Positions 17,333-26,229 of a stretch of 64,000 nt of DNA are shown piece by piece. Each line of letters opens with the position of its first letter. The first letter of the stretch is position 1. The position numbers and the translations under genes were made by a program. The notes beneath the pieces were generated by a model. That model searched no databases, was not told the DNA's origin, and saw only the letters and a list, made by a program, of their open reading frames with translations. Origin of the DNA: Candidatus Parcubacteria bacterium (GTDB taxonomy: Bacteria > Patescibacteriota > Patescibacteriia > Patescibacteriales > UBA12465); the NCBI GenBank assembly GCA_023444045.1, contig JAEZRQ010000002.1, forward strand, positions 12,102 through 76,101, in the 5' to 3' direction.

Positions 17333-18394
17333 CTATTTTCTATTGGCTAATTTCTTTTTTCTAAACTTATACTCAGAAATAATGCGACGATAAACCTTTT
17401 GATAACCAGAAACCATTTTCTTCACACTGAAATATATTTCCGCTCTTTTTCTAGTTTCATGGCGAGAAATAGTGTCAATATTTTTAATAGCTTCTACCAT
17501 CTCAGGAACACTACTGACAACAAAACCGCTTTTGCCTTCTTGGATTACTTCTGGTACCGCTCCATTGCCCCAACCAATAACTGGTGTTCCGCAAGACATT
17601 GCCTCAATCATAACGTAACCGAATTGCTCTTGGTATTGAGTAGGAAAAATTAAGGCTTTAGCTTTCTGCAACCAAGCAATTTTTTCCTCTGCCCCCTGCT
17701 CACCAATATACGAAATGTTAACCCCATCAATATTATTTTCAATATGTGAGTGCCAATAGCCCTCTTCTGGATAGCTGCGACCAGCAATAACCAGTTTCAC
17801 CCCCGCTTCTTTAGCGGCCTCAATAGCCAAATGAACCCCCTTCTCTTCAGTTAAGCGACCTAGATAAAGAAAAAAATCATCTGGAGTTTCGTTGAAGGCA
17901 AATTTTTCCACATCCACGCCATGATAAATATTGGCAAACCAATTTAGCTCTGGCATTTGTTTTCGCTGAGATAATGAAAAGGAGATGTAGTGCAGGTGCC
18001 GATACTTAAGTAAAAATGGCTTCATTTCATCATCAATTGGGCTATGAATAGAGACCGCTACGGGGACATCAACCAGATTACTTGGGAAAGACCCGGTTAA
18101 AGAAAAGTGGCTATGAATAATATCCGCATCTAGAGACTCCTCATAACATTTCATGGTTAAAGAGTTTAGATAGAAGTTCCTTTTTCTAGGCGTTATTGTT
18201 GGATCTAAACTTAGAGCTAACTGACAAACCGATTCAAGCTTAGCCTTGGTCGTAGAATCTCCTGAAGCAAAGAGCGTTACATCATGCCCTCGTTTCACCA
18301 GTCCGTCACATAGAGAGCCAACGTGCCCATAAATAGCATGATTTGAAGAACTAGAAACTGGATAAACAGGTGCTACTAATTGTGATATTTTCAT
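17333..18394 (-). CDS. Glycosyltransferase family 4 (GT-B, group 1)
   Basis: 353 aa. C-terminal EQFGYVMIEAMSCGTPVIG is the GT1/GT4 E-x7-E region. Confidence 0.85.
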   Translation of the reverse strand: MKISQLVAPVYPVSSSSNHAIYGHVGSLCDGLVKRGHDVTLFASGDSTTKAKLESVCQLALSLDPTITPRKRNFYLNSLTMKCYEESLDADIIHSHFSLTGSFPSNLVDVPVAVSIHSPIDDEMKPFLLKYRHLHYISFSLSQRKQMPELNWFANIYHGVDVEKFAFNETPDDFFLYLGRLTEEKGVHLAIEAAKEAGVKLVIAGRSYPEEGYWHSHIENNIDGVNISYIGEQGAEEKIAWLQKAKALIFPTQYQEQFGYVMIEAMSCGTPVIGWGNGAVPEVIQEGKSGFVVSSVPEMVEAIKNIDTISRHETRKRAEIYFSVKKMVSGYQKVYRRIISEYKFRKKKLANRK

Positions 18395-19620
18395 ATTTTT
18401 CTTAGATTATTTAGTAAAACAAGGTATTTCTCAAAAACTTTTAATAAGTCATGTTTATTAATTAAATCATTAGTAACCTTTGTTGGTAATTTTTTGTATT
18501 TAATTTCACCCAACTGAGTAATTGCTGTTTTAGGTTTACTAAAATCAATAATCCAATCACTAGCACCCAACCTTAAATAATCATCAACAAAACCAACGCT
18601 TGCAGAAATAGCCACCGGTGTCTTACAGGCAACAGCTTCAAGCAAAATAGTTGGGGAAACATCAAAATGAGATGGAATAATAATTAAATCATTCTGTAGG
18701 CAGAAATCTCTAATCTCCTCTTTGTTTAAAAAACTAATTACATTAATATTTTTACGGTAAGCTGTTTTTAAATTAATATTTTTATCACTTAATGGGATAT
18801 TAGTAACAGAATTAATAGCCCAGGGTAGTTTTTTAGACTTAATGGCTTTTGATATTTTAACAACCGCTTCCAGGTTTTTAATTCGGTCCCAACGAGCTAC
18901 TACTCCTATATTAAATCTTGTCTTATCAAAATTAAATTCTTTTTTAGATTTTTTCTGTTTATTAAAGAAACTAAAATCAACCGGTAGCGGAATAATAACC
19001 GATTTGTTATTTGCACTACGCTTGTCTTGCAAAACTTTCTGATTAAAAATCTGATGACTAAAAGTGTTTAGAAATATTTCCTTATCCGACAAGACAGAGG
19101 AGTCTCTTTCCATCTGCTTCATTATTTTAGCGCCAGAAGCAGAAAATAAATCTTGATAAATCTCTATTTCTTTTGTCCAAATTCCGGCATGTTGAATTAC
19201 TACTTTAACATTATTCTCTTTAGCGGCCACTAAAAGCAACCAATTTGTGAGCGAAAAACCATTTAAAAAAACAATGTCTGGAGCAATTTTTTTGATAATA
19301 GAGGAAAGCTTTTTAATTGGATCTTTTAGAATTATTTTAGGATCTGACACCTTTCTTGCTTTTAGTATTTTCTGGCTTAAGCTGGCTGATAGAGACAAAT
19401 CATAAATAAATCTATTCTTACGATCATCTTTAATCACCTTAGAAGAGAGACTCCCACTGACCTTATCAGAAGTTCTAACAATTAGCCCATACCATTTTAT
19501 TTTTTTATTTTTCTTACTAAGAAAATTAAAAAAGAGGCGGGCAAAATTAGCCGGACCCCCTTTGGCTGGTTCTTGAAAATTAGGCGTGTTGCAAGAATAT
19601 TCGTTAGTCAAAATCTTCAT
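18391..19620 (-). CDS. Glycosyltransferase, GT4-like
   Basis: 409 aa. FDVSPTILLEAVACKTPVAIS is a GT-B C-terminal motif. 4-nt overlap with the downstream GT gene. Confidence 0.65.
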   Translation of the reverse strand: MKILTNEYSCNTPNFQEPAKGGPANFARLFFNFLSKKNKKIKWYGLIVRTSDKVSGSLSSKVIKDDRKNRFIYDLSLSASLSQKILKARKVSDPKIILKDPIKKLSSIIKKIAPDIVFLNGFSLTNWLLLVAAKENNVKVVIQHAGIWTKEIEIYQDLFSASGAKIMKQMERDSSVLSDKEIFLNTFSHQIFNQKVLQDKRSANNKSVIIPLPVDFSFFNKQKKSKKEFNFDKTRFNIGVVARWDRIKNLEAVVKISKAIKSKKLPWAINSVTNIPLSDKNINLKTAYRKNINVISFLNKEEIRDFCLQNDLIIIPSHFDVSPTILLEAVACKTPVAISASVGFVDDYLRLGASDWIIDFSKPKTAITQLGEIKYKKLPTKVTNDLINKHDLLKVFEKYLVLLNNLRKI

Positions 19621-19696
19621 TCTTGTTCTAAATTCTGGCGGCCACGCAATTAAAAATTAAAAGCGCCCTACTAGGGAATTAATTCATAGTGCTTAT

Positions 19697-19725
19697 ATAA
19701 TACTGCCAATTTAGGTTTTGGTCAA
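19697..19725 (-). promoter_or_regulatory. Promoter of the GT operon
   Basis: Minus strand: TTGACC (19725-19720), 17 nt, TATTAT (19702-19697). Confidence 0.45.
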
Positions 19726-19792
19726 AGGCTTTATTTGACATTATTTAATAAAAATGTTAGATTCAAGACAACAAACAAAAAAGGAGGTAAGG

Positions 19793-20341
19793 GTGAACTG
19801 GACAATTTTTTTAGTGGTAGTACTTTTAAATACTGCTCTCTGCTTACTCCAATATGGAGCCGAGAGAATTGATAGAAAGAGAGGGAAAATAGCTAAGAGA
19901 CATTCTATTGTCCCTGGAGCCAATAATAAGTTTTTGTACTGGGAAGATTATTACACTCAAACATACGGAGATCTTCTTTGCCTAGTTTGGGTAATGAACG
20001 GGTTTGCTCACTTATTAATAACTGGAAGAATAAGTGCCACTCAATGGCTAATATTTTTCATAGTTAAGATAATAGCTATCACAATTTTTCTTTATCTTAA
20101 TCTAAAACCAGGACATAAAGTTGATTGGGGTTGGCCGACTGAAGGAAAAATAAGTTTGGGTGGCTTTAGCCACTTGCCTTATTTTGGTGGACTATCGGCA
20201 ATGTCAGTAATCTGCCTGATTAACATTATCAGTGGAGAATTAAATGGATTATTGCTTTATAGTACATTAATTGGTGGACTCTCTTATATAGTAACTATAA
20301 TGGCTGATATAAAATCAGGCCATTTCAAAAATAAAAAGTAG
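19793..20341 (+). CDS. Polytopic membrane hypothetical protein
   Basis: The track start is ATG 19754. I prefer GTG 19793, which lies 5 nt after a strong SD AAGGAGG (19781-19787). About 5 TM segments. No family recognised. Confidence 0.55.
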   Translation: MNWTIFLVVVLLNTALCLLQYGAERIDRKRGKIAKRHSIVPGANNKFLYWEDYYTQTYGDLLCLVWVMNGFAHLLITGRISATQWLIFFIVKIIAITIFLYLNLKPGHKVDWGWPTEGKISLGGFSHLPYFGGLSAMSVICLINIISGELNGLLLYSTLIGGLSYIVTIMADIKSGHFKNKK

Positions 20342-20361
20342 CTCGTTAAAGCTACTTTTTT
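20335..20361 (+). terminator. Terminator
   Basis: aaagtagc-tcgttaaa-gctacttt followed by a T-run; overlaps the stop codon. Confidence 0.6.
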
Positions 20362-20366
20362 CATAT

Positions 20367-20397
20367 CTGCGGAGAGGGTGGGATGCGGTTGGAACGG
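20367..20397 (-). pseudogene. tRNA 3'-end fragment (copy A)
   Basis: Minus strand reads ...ATCCCACCCTCTCCGCAGAT, i.e. the end of a T-loop, a T-stem 3' strand, the 7-nt acceptor strand CCTCTCC, discriminator G and a CAG trailer. No D or anticodon arm lies upstream. CCTCTCCGCAGAT is identical to the 3' end plus trailer of tRNA-Ser(UGA) 450 bp away. Confidence 0.55.
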
Positions 20398-20413
20398 TTT
20401 TATAAAAATAAAA

Positions 20414-20450
20414 AAGGAAAACTACTTTCTGTTAGTTTTCCTTATTATTT
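20414..20450. terminator. Bidirectional terminator
   Basis: aaggaaaacta-ctttctgt-tagttttcctt is an 11-bp perfect stem flanked by A/T runs. Confidence 0.7.
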
Positions 20451-20456
20451 GTTTTT

Positions 20457-20675
20457 TTACTTATTACTATTAAACCATTTACGAATCGGTAAATAGTATC
20501 CCGCTAGATAGCCCAGTGTAAATGACGCTATACAAATAATAGCTTTTACTGTGTCATTAAAATTAGACACAACAACTGAACCACCTAACATCAAAAATAT
20601 GGCCCCCATTATCATAGCCGATTCAAATTTTTCACGTTTTTTTGTTAAAAAAACTCTTTTTTCTTCTAAGCTCAT
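20457..20675 (-). CDS. Small two-TM membrane protein
   Basis: 72-aa ORF with two hydrophobic segments (IMGAIFLMLGGSVVV, AIICIASFTLGYLAGYYL), between terminators. Status as a real gene is uncertain. Confidence 0.4.
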   Translation of the reverse strand: MSLEEKRVFLTKKREKFESAMIMGAIFLMLGGSVVVSNFNDTVKAIICIASFTLGYLAGYYLPIRKWFNSNK

Positions 20676-20705
20676 AATATTTGTTTTTAAAGATTAATAT
20701 TTAAT

Positions 20706-20757
20706 TTTGATTAATTACTAAAATCACCAATTTAGATGAACTTAGTAATTAATCAAA
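20706..20757. repeat. 16-bp perfect inverted repeat with 20-nt spacer
   Basis: TTTGATTAATTACTAA (20706-20721) and TTAGTAATTAATCAAA (20742-20757). Located between the tRNA-Ser terminator and the 72-aa ORF start. Confidence 0.8.
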
Positions 20758-20789
20758 TTTAATCTTGTTTTTTAATGACCTAATACAAC

Positions 20790-20820
20790 AAAAAAAGTAT
20801 AACATATTGTTATACTTTTG
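20790..20820 (-). terminator. tRNA-Ser(UGA) terminator
   Basis: Minus strand reads agtataaca-ata-tgttatact followed by TTTTTTT. Confidence 0.65.
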
Positions 20821-20828
20821 TCAATCTG

Positions 20829-20915
20829 CGGAGAGGCAGGGATTCGAACCCTGGGTCGACTTTCATCGACGACAGTTTTCAAGACTGTTCCATTAAACCG
20901 CTCTGGCACCTCTCC
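20829..20915 (-). tRNA. tRNA-Ser (anticodon UGA), class II, CCA not encoded
   Basis: Hand-folded: acceptor GGAGAGG/CCTCTCC, anticodon arm ACAGT-CTTGAAA-ACTGT, long variable arm GTCGA..TCGAC, T arm CAGGG-TTCGAAT-CCCTG, discriminator G. 87 nt. Confidence 0.9.
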
Positions 20916-21004
20916 ATTTCAAAATAAAGATAACATAAGATTAAAAGCAAATCAACCCTTAAAAACAAAAAGCCCCGAACAACTTTTTGTTGTCGGGGCT
21001 TTCT

Positions 21005-21433
21005 TTAAAATATTATTCTAAAGATGGAAAGATACACAACCTGGTGCCTATTAGAAAATTGCTTTTCTTCCAGATACAGAAAATCCTCTCTCCATTCATG
21101 TCCGTTGTTATAAAGGCAACGAACCACCTTTTTCCCTTTATTATTAAGGTAAGTGGTCCCTAAAAAGACCAAATAGACACCTTTAAGATGTTGCGGTATC
21201 CGGTGACCATTCCGCAAGAAAAATTTGATAGAGCCAGCACCCAACGGTATTCGCCACGGCCTTTTCTTCAAGTCTTTAATAAGATCAACGCCTCTGACAC
21301 TTACCCCTTTCTCCTGCTCCGCGGACAAAAAAGTAGAGATTTTACCAAATCTCACTTTTAAATCTTTCTTAATATCATTAACCACCTGCCAGCCCCTAAC
21401 GCCTGACTCTCCTAATAAAGAAACTTTGAACAT
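21005..21433 (-). CDS. Hypothetical protein (last gene of the RT-associated block)
   Basis: 142-aa ORF with a strong SD (AGGAGGTaatattATG), lying 50 nt downstream of the SdpI-like gene. No family recognised. Confidence 0.6.
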   Translation of the reverse strand: MFKVSLLGESGVRGWQVVNDIKKDLKVRFGKISTFLSAEQEKGVSVRGVDLIKDLKKRPWRIPLGAGSIKFFLRNGHRIPQHLKGVYLVFLGTTYLNNKGKKVVRCLYNNGHEWREDFLYLEEKQFSNRHQVVYLSIFRIIF

Positions 21434-21483
21434 AATATTACCTCCTATTTTTTAAGTTACCGGAGATAATTACAGCAAATAAA

Positions 21484-22158
21484 CTACCTTTTGTCAACTT
21501 CTTTCTTTTCTTGACTATAGAGCCAGTAAGAATAAACAAATAAAGTAAAAACAACAAATATTGCTCCACCCAGCAGAACAAAAATGGCTGTTTTTGAGTT
21601 AAGATAGGGAGTAAACACTAGTAAAATTCCCCAAATAACAAAAAGATATGAGCCTAGGTGGTGAGTTTTATCCCAAACCTTCTCTGAAGAAATAGTCCAA
21701 GAGGTTCTAATACCGACAAAGAAATTTCTTTTAATTTTTCTAAAATAAAATCCTAGAATTATCATCAACAGCCCAATAACTGTAGTGACAATAATCCCAA
21801 TATTAAGGTTATACCCCAGATTAACCAAGGTGGCCGCTGCAAAAATTATGAACATAACTGAAAGAATGAGATTGCGCATCACTAAGTAAGCTTTAGAAAA
21901 TTCCTGATATCTTTCACTCATTGGATCAAACTTTGGCATTAATGTTAAAAGTAAATAGATAAAGAAAATTAAGCCTGGAAAAAATAAAGAATGAAACAAG
22001 CGGCTACTCCAACCATCAGCTTCGCCACTAAAATTCCAGTGAGTAATTACCAAATCAGGTAATTGAGGGTAAGCCCAAATAGCAACTGCCAAACTTAAAA
22101 ACAATAAACCGGCAGGCCAAAGTTCTGTTTTTAGTGAATAGTTAATGGGATTTTTCAT
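21484..22158 (-). CDS. SdpI/YhfL-family membrane protein (DUF1648 + SdpI domains)
   Basis: 224 aa. ITHWNFSGEADGWSSR is a DUF1648-type motif after the first TM. A later FFVGIRTSWTISSEKVWDKTH is an SdpI-type motif. About 6 TM. Confidence 0.6.
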   Translation of the reverse strand: MKNPINYSLKTELWPAGLLFLSLAVAIWAYPQLPDLVITHWNFSGEADGWSSRLFHSLFFPGLIFFIYLLLTLMPKFDPMSERYQEFSKAYLVMRNLILSVMFIIFAAATLVNLGYNLNIGIIVTTVIGLLMIILGFYFRKIKRNFFVGIRTSWTISSEKVWDKTHHLGSYLFVIWGILLVFTPYLNSKTAIFVLLGGAIFVVFTLFVYSYWLYSQEKKEVDKR

Positions 22159-22159
22159 A

Positions 22160-23338
22160 TTACTTATTTAAATTATAATGAAGCTCAAAAGTTTGGTTAA
22201 AAGCGCTAACTAGAGAGCTAATATTTGAAACCATAACTGATTCGTTATTAGAGAAAAAACCGCTAGAGCTCCAATTATTAGTGCCAAAAGCAACAGTATC
22301 ATCCGTAATTAGTAAATGATGATGCAAGAAAGAATTAAATTTATCATCACCTTTATGTTGTCTAACAGCTTCATTTCTCTTAGCATCATCTATCAGTTCT
22401 AAATTAGTTAAACCTTGATATCTCTTTTGCTTAGACATAAAAGGCATAATAGAATCTTTAATCTTAAAATTAAAGTCATCAACAATTACCTTAACTGGAA
22501 TATCCTTAGCTTTTTGTACTAAGTTAACAGCGGTGTCTTTGTCGGTAAAATGCCAAATCATGGCTTTAACATTATTTTCCGCCTTATAAATTAAATTTAA
22601 CAATCGGTTTTTTAAACTATTATCTCCGGAACTCGGTAGAAACCAGACCTCTAAAAACCCTTCCGGATAATTAATTAAAGCGGCAAAAGAATTATAATTT
22701 TCACCCCTGACCGGTACCCTATCTAATTCTAAAAGTAGGCGGTCAAATTCTTCGCCAAAAACATTTACTAACTCTGGACGATCAGTTTCCATAATAAAGC
22801 TAGGGTCATACTGAGCCTGAATATAAGTAAAGTTAGAAGAACCAAAAAATAACTTTCCCGATTCTAGTCCACGATCAATAATCATAAACTTGTGATGCAT
22901 GTATCCGCTGGATCCAAAGGGAGAAAAGCTTATTTTTAAATTATCACTCTTTTGCTCAAAGAATTTCTCCATGCTAGTAACATACTTATTACTAAAAACA
23001 ATATTGACCTTAACCCCACGATTAACTGCTCGATAAATAGCTTCCTTAATCAAAGAATCGTCCATGGAATACATAGCAATTTCAACTGTTGAGCTGGCTG
23101 AGTCAATTGCTTTAGTAGCTAACTGTGAAAAATAGTCTGAGCCCACTTCATTATTAAAGTGAATCTCGCTCGAAAAAGGCTCAGAAATATTAATTACTTT
23201 CTCCGGGGCAAAATCTTCCACTCTTGGCGGTTCATAAAAGAAAGACACCTGCTTATAAAGAACTAGAGTGATAACAACACCTAAGACCAGGATGAATAAA
23301 AGCCCTAATTTATTTTTATATTTTTTAAGCCAGTTCAT
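22160..23338 (-). CDS. Membrane-anchored phospholipase D / HKD-superfamily protein (one canonical, one degenerate HKD)
   Basis: 392 aa with an N-terminal TM (LGLLFILVLGVVITLVLY). First motif HHKFMIIDRG...GSSNFT is canonical HxK(x)4D...GSxN. Second motif HHHLLITDD...GTNNW has the Lys replaced by His. Confidence 0.75.
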   Translation of the reverse strand: MNWLKKYKNKLGLLFILVLGVVITLVLYKQVSFFYEPPRVEDFAPEKVINISEPFSSEIHFNNEVGSDYFSQLATKAIDSASSTVEIAMYSMDDSLIKEAIYRAVNRGVKVNIVFSNKYVTSMEKFFEQKSDNLKISFSPFGSSGYMHHKFMIIDRGLESGKLFFGSSNFTYIQAQYDPSFIMETDRPELVNVFGEEFDRLLLELDRVPVRGENYNSFAALINYPEGFLEVWFLPSSGDNSLKNRLLNLIYKAENNVKAMIWHFTDKDTAVNLVQKAKDIPVKVIVDDFNFKIKDSIMPFMSKQKRYQGLTNLELIDDAKRNEAVRQHKGDDKFNSFLHHHLLITDDTVAFGTNNWSSSGFFSNNESVMVSNISSLVSAFNQTFELHYNLNK

Positions 23339-25022
23339 ATTGATGATGATAATTTAAATTATTTATTTTATTAATTGAAAAAACTATGATAATGGAATCA
23401 GTAAGCTCATTACTTAATAATTTTAGCATATTATCAATACTCTGATAACCTAAATCCAGCCACTGATTATCAATAATAATAATTTGAGGCCTTTTAAAAA
23501 GGCAGTGAAGAACATGTAAGGCGAAAGATGAGGAATTGTTGCCCCAAGCATATGAGGCAAGGCGATTAAAGTTATTCTCATTTTTAAGTGCTTCCCCTAA
23601 CTCAGGAAAGCGATTAGCAATACTTAAAACTTTTTCTATCTCTTCAAACCGAGTCTCTTCCCTGTCTTTACCAATAATCACTTCAATTAAACTTTTTTCT
23701 GATTTAAATTCTTTATCAAAAAAATATGTTTGGCTATCTTTAAGCTGATACTGTGTAAAATCTAATCGCTTACCATCTACTTTTACTTTAATCCCCTTAG
23801 AAGTATAAGCGGAGACTCCAGCAAACAACTTCGCTAAAACCGTCTTACCGGAAAAGTTTGGGCCCACTAAGAGATAGCGACCGCCAACTTTAAAATCAAA
23901 AGAAACATCTTTATAATATCGCCCTGTTTTAAACAACTTTGCTTTAGAAATGTAAAAAGATAGACTATTTTTAATTTTAAGAGGATATTTTTGCGACGCA
24001 TCTTTAAATAATTTAATATCAGTTAAAGATAGACCTAATTTTCCCGGAAAAAGATAGAGCCCGATTCGTAACGACTCCATAACAGTCCTTGAGAGATAGA
24101 TAAGTAAAAATAAATATAAGAACTTAGAGCTTGAGTCTATTAAATTAATTTGCGAAATTATTTGATCATAAAAAATATTAGCTAAAATAGAAATCATCAA
24201 AAACACTAAAAATACTATCTTAAAGCTCATTTTCATCCACAGATCACGCCTGATTCTAAAAATTGAGTCAAAGCCAACTAAATTATTAAATTTTTTCAAT
24301 AAACTTTTTTCCAACTTAAAAATTTTATTAAAATATTTTTCTGATAAATTTAAATCTATATGTCGTATTATTTGAGAATAAAAAGTTACCTCCTGAGAAA
24401 CATATTTTTTCACAATTAAATAAGAACTCAGAGCAATTACAGAAGAGATAAGTACTAAAAATATTAAAATAAGCCAAACATTTAAATCTGCCAAATAAGC
24501 AACGAGGAGAGCGCAACCTAAATACACCACCCACCTAAAAAAACCAAAGAAAGAATTAGATAACCCCATTGAAACCAGGGGCAAATGATAAGATATCTTG
24601 GCAATTAAATCAGCTTGTTTTGTAAAACTCATTTTTTCCCTTTTTTGCCGCAAATAATTTTTAAAAATCCTGTTTCTTAGATAATTAATAAAGAAGACAA
24701 CAAAGGTTTTCTCCTGTTTGATTGAAAAAAATGAAGTAAAAATAAAAATAATAACCAAGCCAAAAAACGGTAGCCAGAAAGAAAAATTAGACCAATAAAA
24801 ATTACTGGAAATTAGATGATTGCGACTAACAAATATTAAAAAAGTCTCAGCCAAGCCCTGAAAAAATAACAAGAATATCGCCGACCAAAAAAGGGACTGA
24901 TTCTTCCTTAGAAAAAAAGATAAACTCCTATAAAAAGGCCGCTTGCCGATAATGGGTCTAACAACAAGCCTCTCTTGTCTAACTCTTTTTATTAAATCAA
25001 TCTGCTCGTTAACGTTTCTCAT
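23325..25022 (-). CDS. ABC-exporter-like protein with degenerate nucleotide-binding domain
   Basis: 565 aa. About 6 N-terminal TM helices in an ABC_membrane-like layout. Walker A GPNFSGKT is present. The signature position reads GNNSS instead of LSGGQ, Walker B is IIIIDNQ (no catalytic Glu), and there is no H-loop His. 14-nt overlaps with both neighbours. Confidence 0.7.
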   Translation of the reverse strand: MRNVNEQIDLIKRVRQERLVVRPIIGKRPFYRSLSFFLRKNQSLFWSAIFLLFFQGLAETFLIFVSRNHLISSNFYWSNFSFWLPFFGLVIIFIFTSFFSIKQEKTFVVFFINYLRNRIFKNYLRQKREKMSFTKQADLIAKISYHLPLVSMGLSNSFFGFFRWVVYLGCALLVAYLADLNVWLILIFLVLISSVIALSSYLIVKKYVSQEVTFYSQIIRHIDLNLSEKYFNKIFKLEKSLLKKFNNLVGFDSIFRIRRDLWMKMSFKIVFLVFLMISILANIFYDQIISQINLIDSSSKFLYLFLLIYLSRTVMESLRIGLYLFPGKLGLSLTDIKLFKDASQKYPLKIKNSLSFYISKAKLFKTGRYYKDVSFDFKVGGRYLLVGPNFSGKTVLAKLFAGVSAYTSKGIKVKVDGKRLDFTQYQLKDSQTYFFDKEFKSEKSLIEVIIGKDREETRFEEIEKVLSIANRFPELGEALKNENNFNRLASYAWGNNSSSFALHVLHCLFKRPQIIIIDNQWLDLGYQSIDNMLKLLSNELTDSIIIVFSINKINNLNYHHQYELA

Positions 25023-26229
25023 AATGAAATTTTTGATAAATTTTATACAAAGAATTTATTCTAAAAGGTGCAATCAGCTCTTTTAATTTTTTGCGATTAC
25101 GCGGCGAATATTTTTCATAAAAAAACTTAGTTAGTATCTTAAAAAAGGATTCGGAAATTTTTTTGATTTGTTCTGAGTTATTAATTTGAGGCTTACTTTT
25201 AACCATTAAATAAAAAATATTATTAAAATTAGTCTTTTCTCGGCTCATTGTTTTTTTCAAAATACTTATTTTAGCTGTCAGAGAATAGTGCTTATAAGCT
25301 AAAATCCTCTTCCACTCCGTTTCTATTCTTTTGACAAAATTTGGCTCTAGACTAATTACCCCGTTATTAAAGTGATAACCTAAATATGAAAATCCTTCAC
25401 TAGCTAATCCTAAAAACTTCTTACTCTGATTAATTTCTAGCCCTAAATCATTTAAATCACTAAATATTTGATCCGAGAGATTAATTAATTTTTTACTGTC
25501 TCTATCTAAGAGAGCAATGTCATCGCCCACACGCACATAATAATCAACTTGATCTTGATATTTAAAGTCAAACTCTGTGAGATATAGATTAACAAATAGG
25601 GCAATCAGCGGCACCCCCTGAATTAGTCCTTTTGGAGGCAGTTCTAGTTCACTACCACGATAAACTTTGTTAAAAATAAAAAGAGCTAAGATATTTAATA
25701 TCCTTTCATCATCAAATAAACTTTTTAGTTTCAAAAACATTAACTCGCGGCTAATCCGGTCAGAGTAATTTTTAAGGTCAATTATCAGGGCACCGTAATT
25801 ATTAAAATGGCGGCGATATTCTTGGCAGAAAAATTTAGCCGCTAGGTGCGGCGGCTTACCGGGACGATATGAAAATAAGTGTTTAGAATATCTTTTTTCA
25901 AATTCTGGCAAAACAACTCTATAAATAGCTTGTGCCTTAATCCTTTCTTTAATATTGTAAACAAAAATTTCCCGAAATTCTCCGGGTTTATTATTTTTTG
26001 GTATTTTAACAGAGAGGGCTGGTTCTAATTCTTTAAAACTACTAAGTTCGCTGCGAACTTGAGAGATTATTTCTTGCGACCTTAATTCCAAATCCTTCAA
26101 AAAAACGTTATCAAGGCCATGATATTTAAAATTCCGATGATCGGCTGAAAATTCTTTAATAATTTCTAAATAAGCCTCTTCTAAATTAGCTAGGCTAAGT
26201 ATTTGGTCAAACATAGTTTTAATAATCAT
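25009..26229 (-). CDS. Stand-alone reverse transcriptase, group-II-intron-like motifs, no maturase/endonuclease or intron RNA
   Basis: RT motifs are readable: IPKNNKPGEFREI (1), FSYRPGKPPHLA (2a), IIDLKNYSDRI (3), GLIQGVPLIALFVNLYL (4), YYVRVGDDIALL (5, VGDD in place of YADD), GLEINQSKKFL (6), FSYLGYHF (7). Start is uncertain: ATG 26229 (MIIKTMFDQ) or 26214 (MFDQILSLANLEEAY). The track's TTG start at 26307 would translate a GC hairpin. Confidence 0.85.
   Translation of the reverse strand: MIIKTMFDQILSLANLEEAYLEIIKEFSADHRNFKYHGLDNVFLKDLELRSQEIISQVRSELSSFKELEPALSVKIPKNNKPGEFREIFVYNIKERIKAQAIYRVVLPEFEKRYSKHLFSYRPGKPPHLAAKFFCQEYRRHFNNYGALIIDLKNYSDRISRELMFLKLKSLFDDERILNILALFIFNKVYRGSELELPPKGLIQGVPLIALFVNLYLTEFDFKYQDQVDYYVRVGDDIALLDRDSKKLINLSDQIFSDLNDLGLEINQSKKFLGLASEGFSYLGYHFNNGVISLEPNFVKRIETEWKRILAYKHYSLTAKISILKKTMSREKTNFNNIFYLMVKSKPQINNSEQIKKISESFFKILTKFFYEKYSPRNRKKLKELIAPFRINSLYKIYQKFHYEKR

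Noticed and set aside
20818-21021. 67-aa plus-strand ORF (MSICGEAGIRTLG...).
   Set aside because: It is TTG-initiated and is the antisense translation of tRNA-Ser(UGA), so it is spurious.
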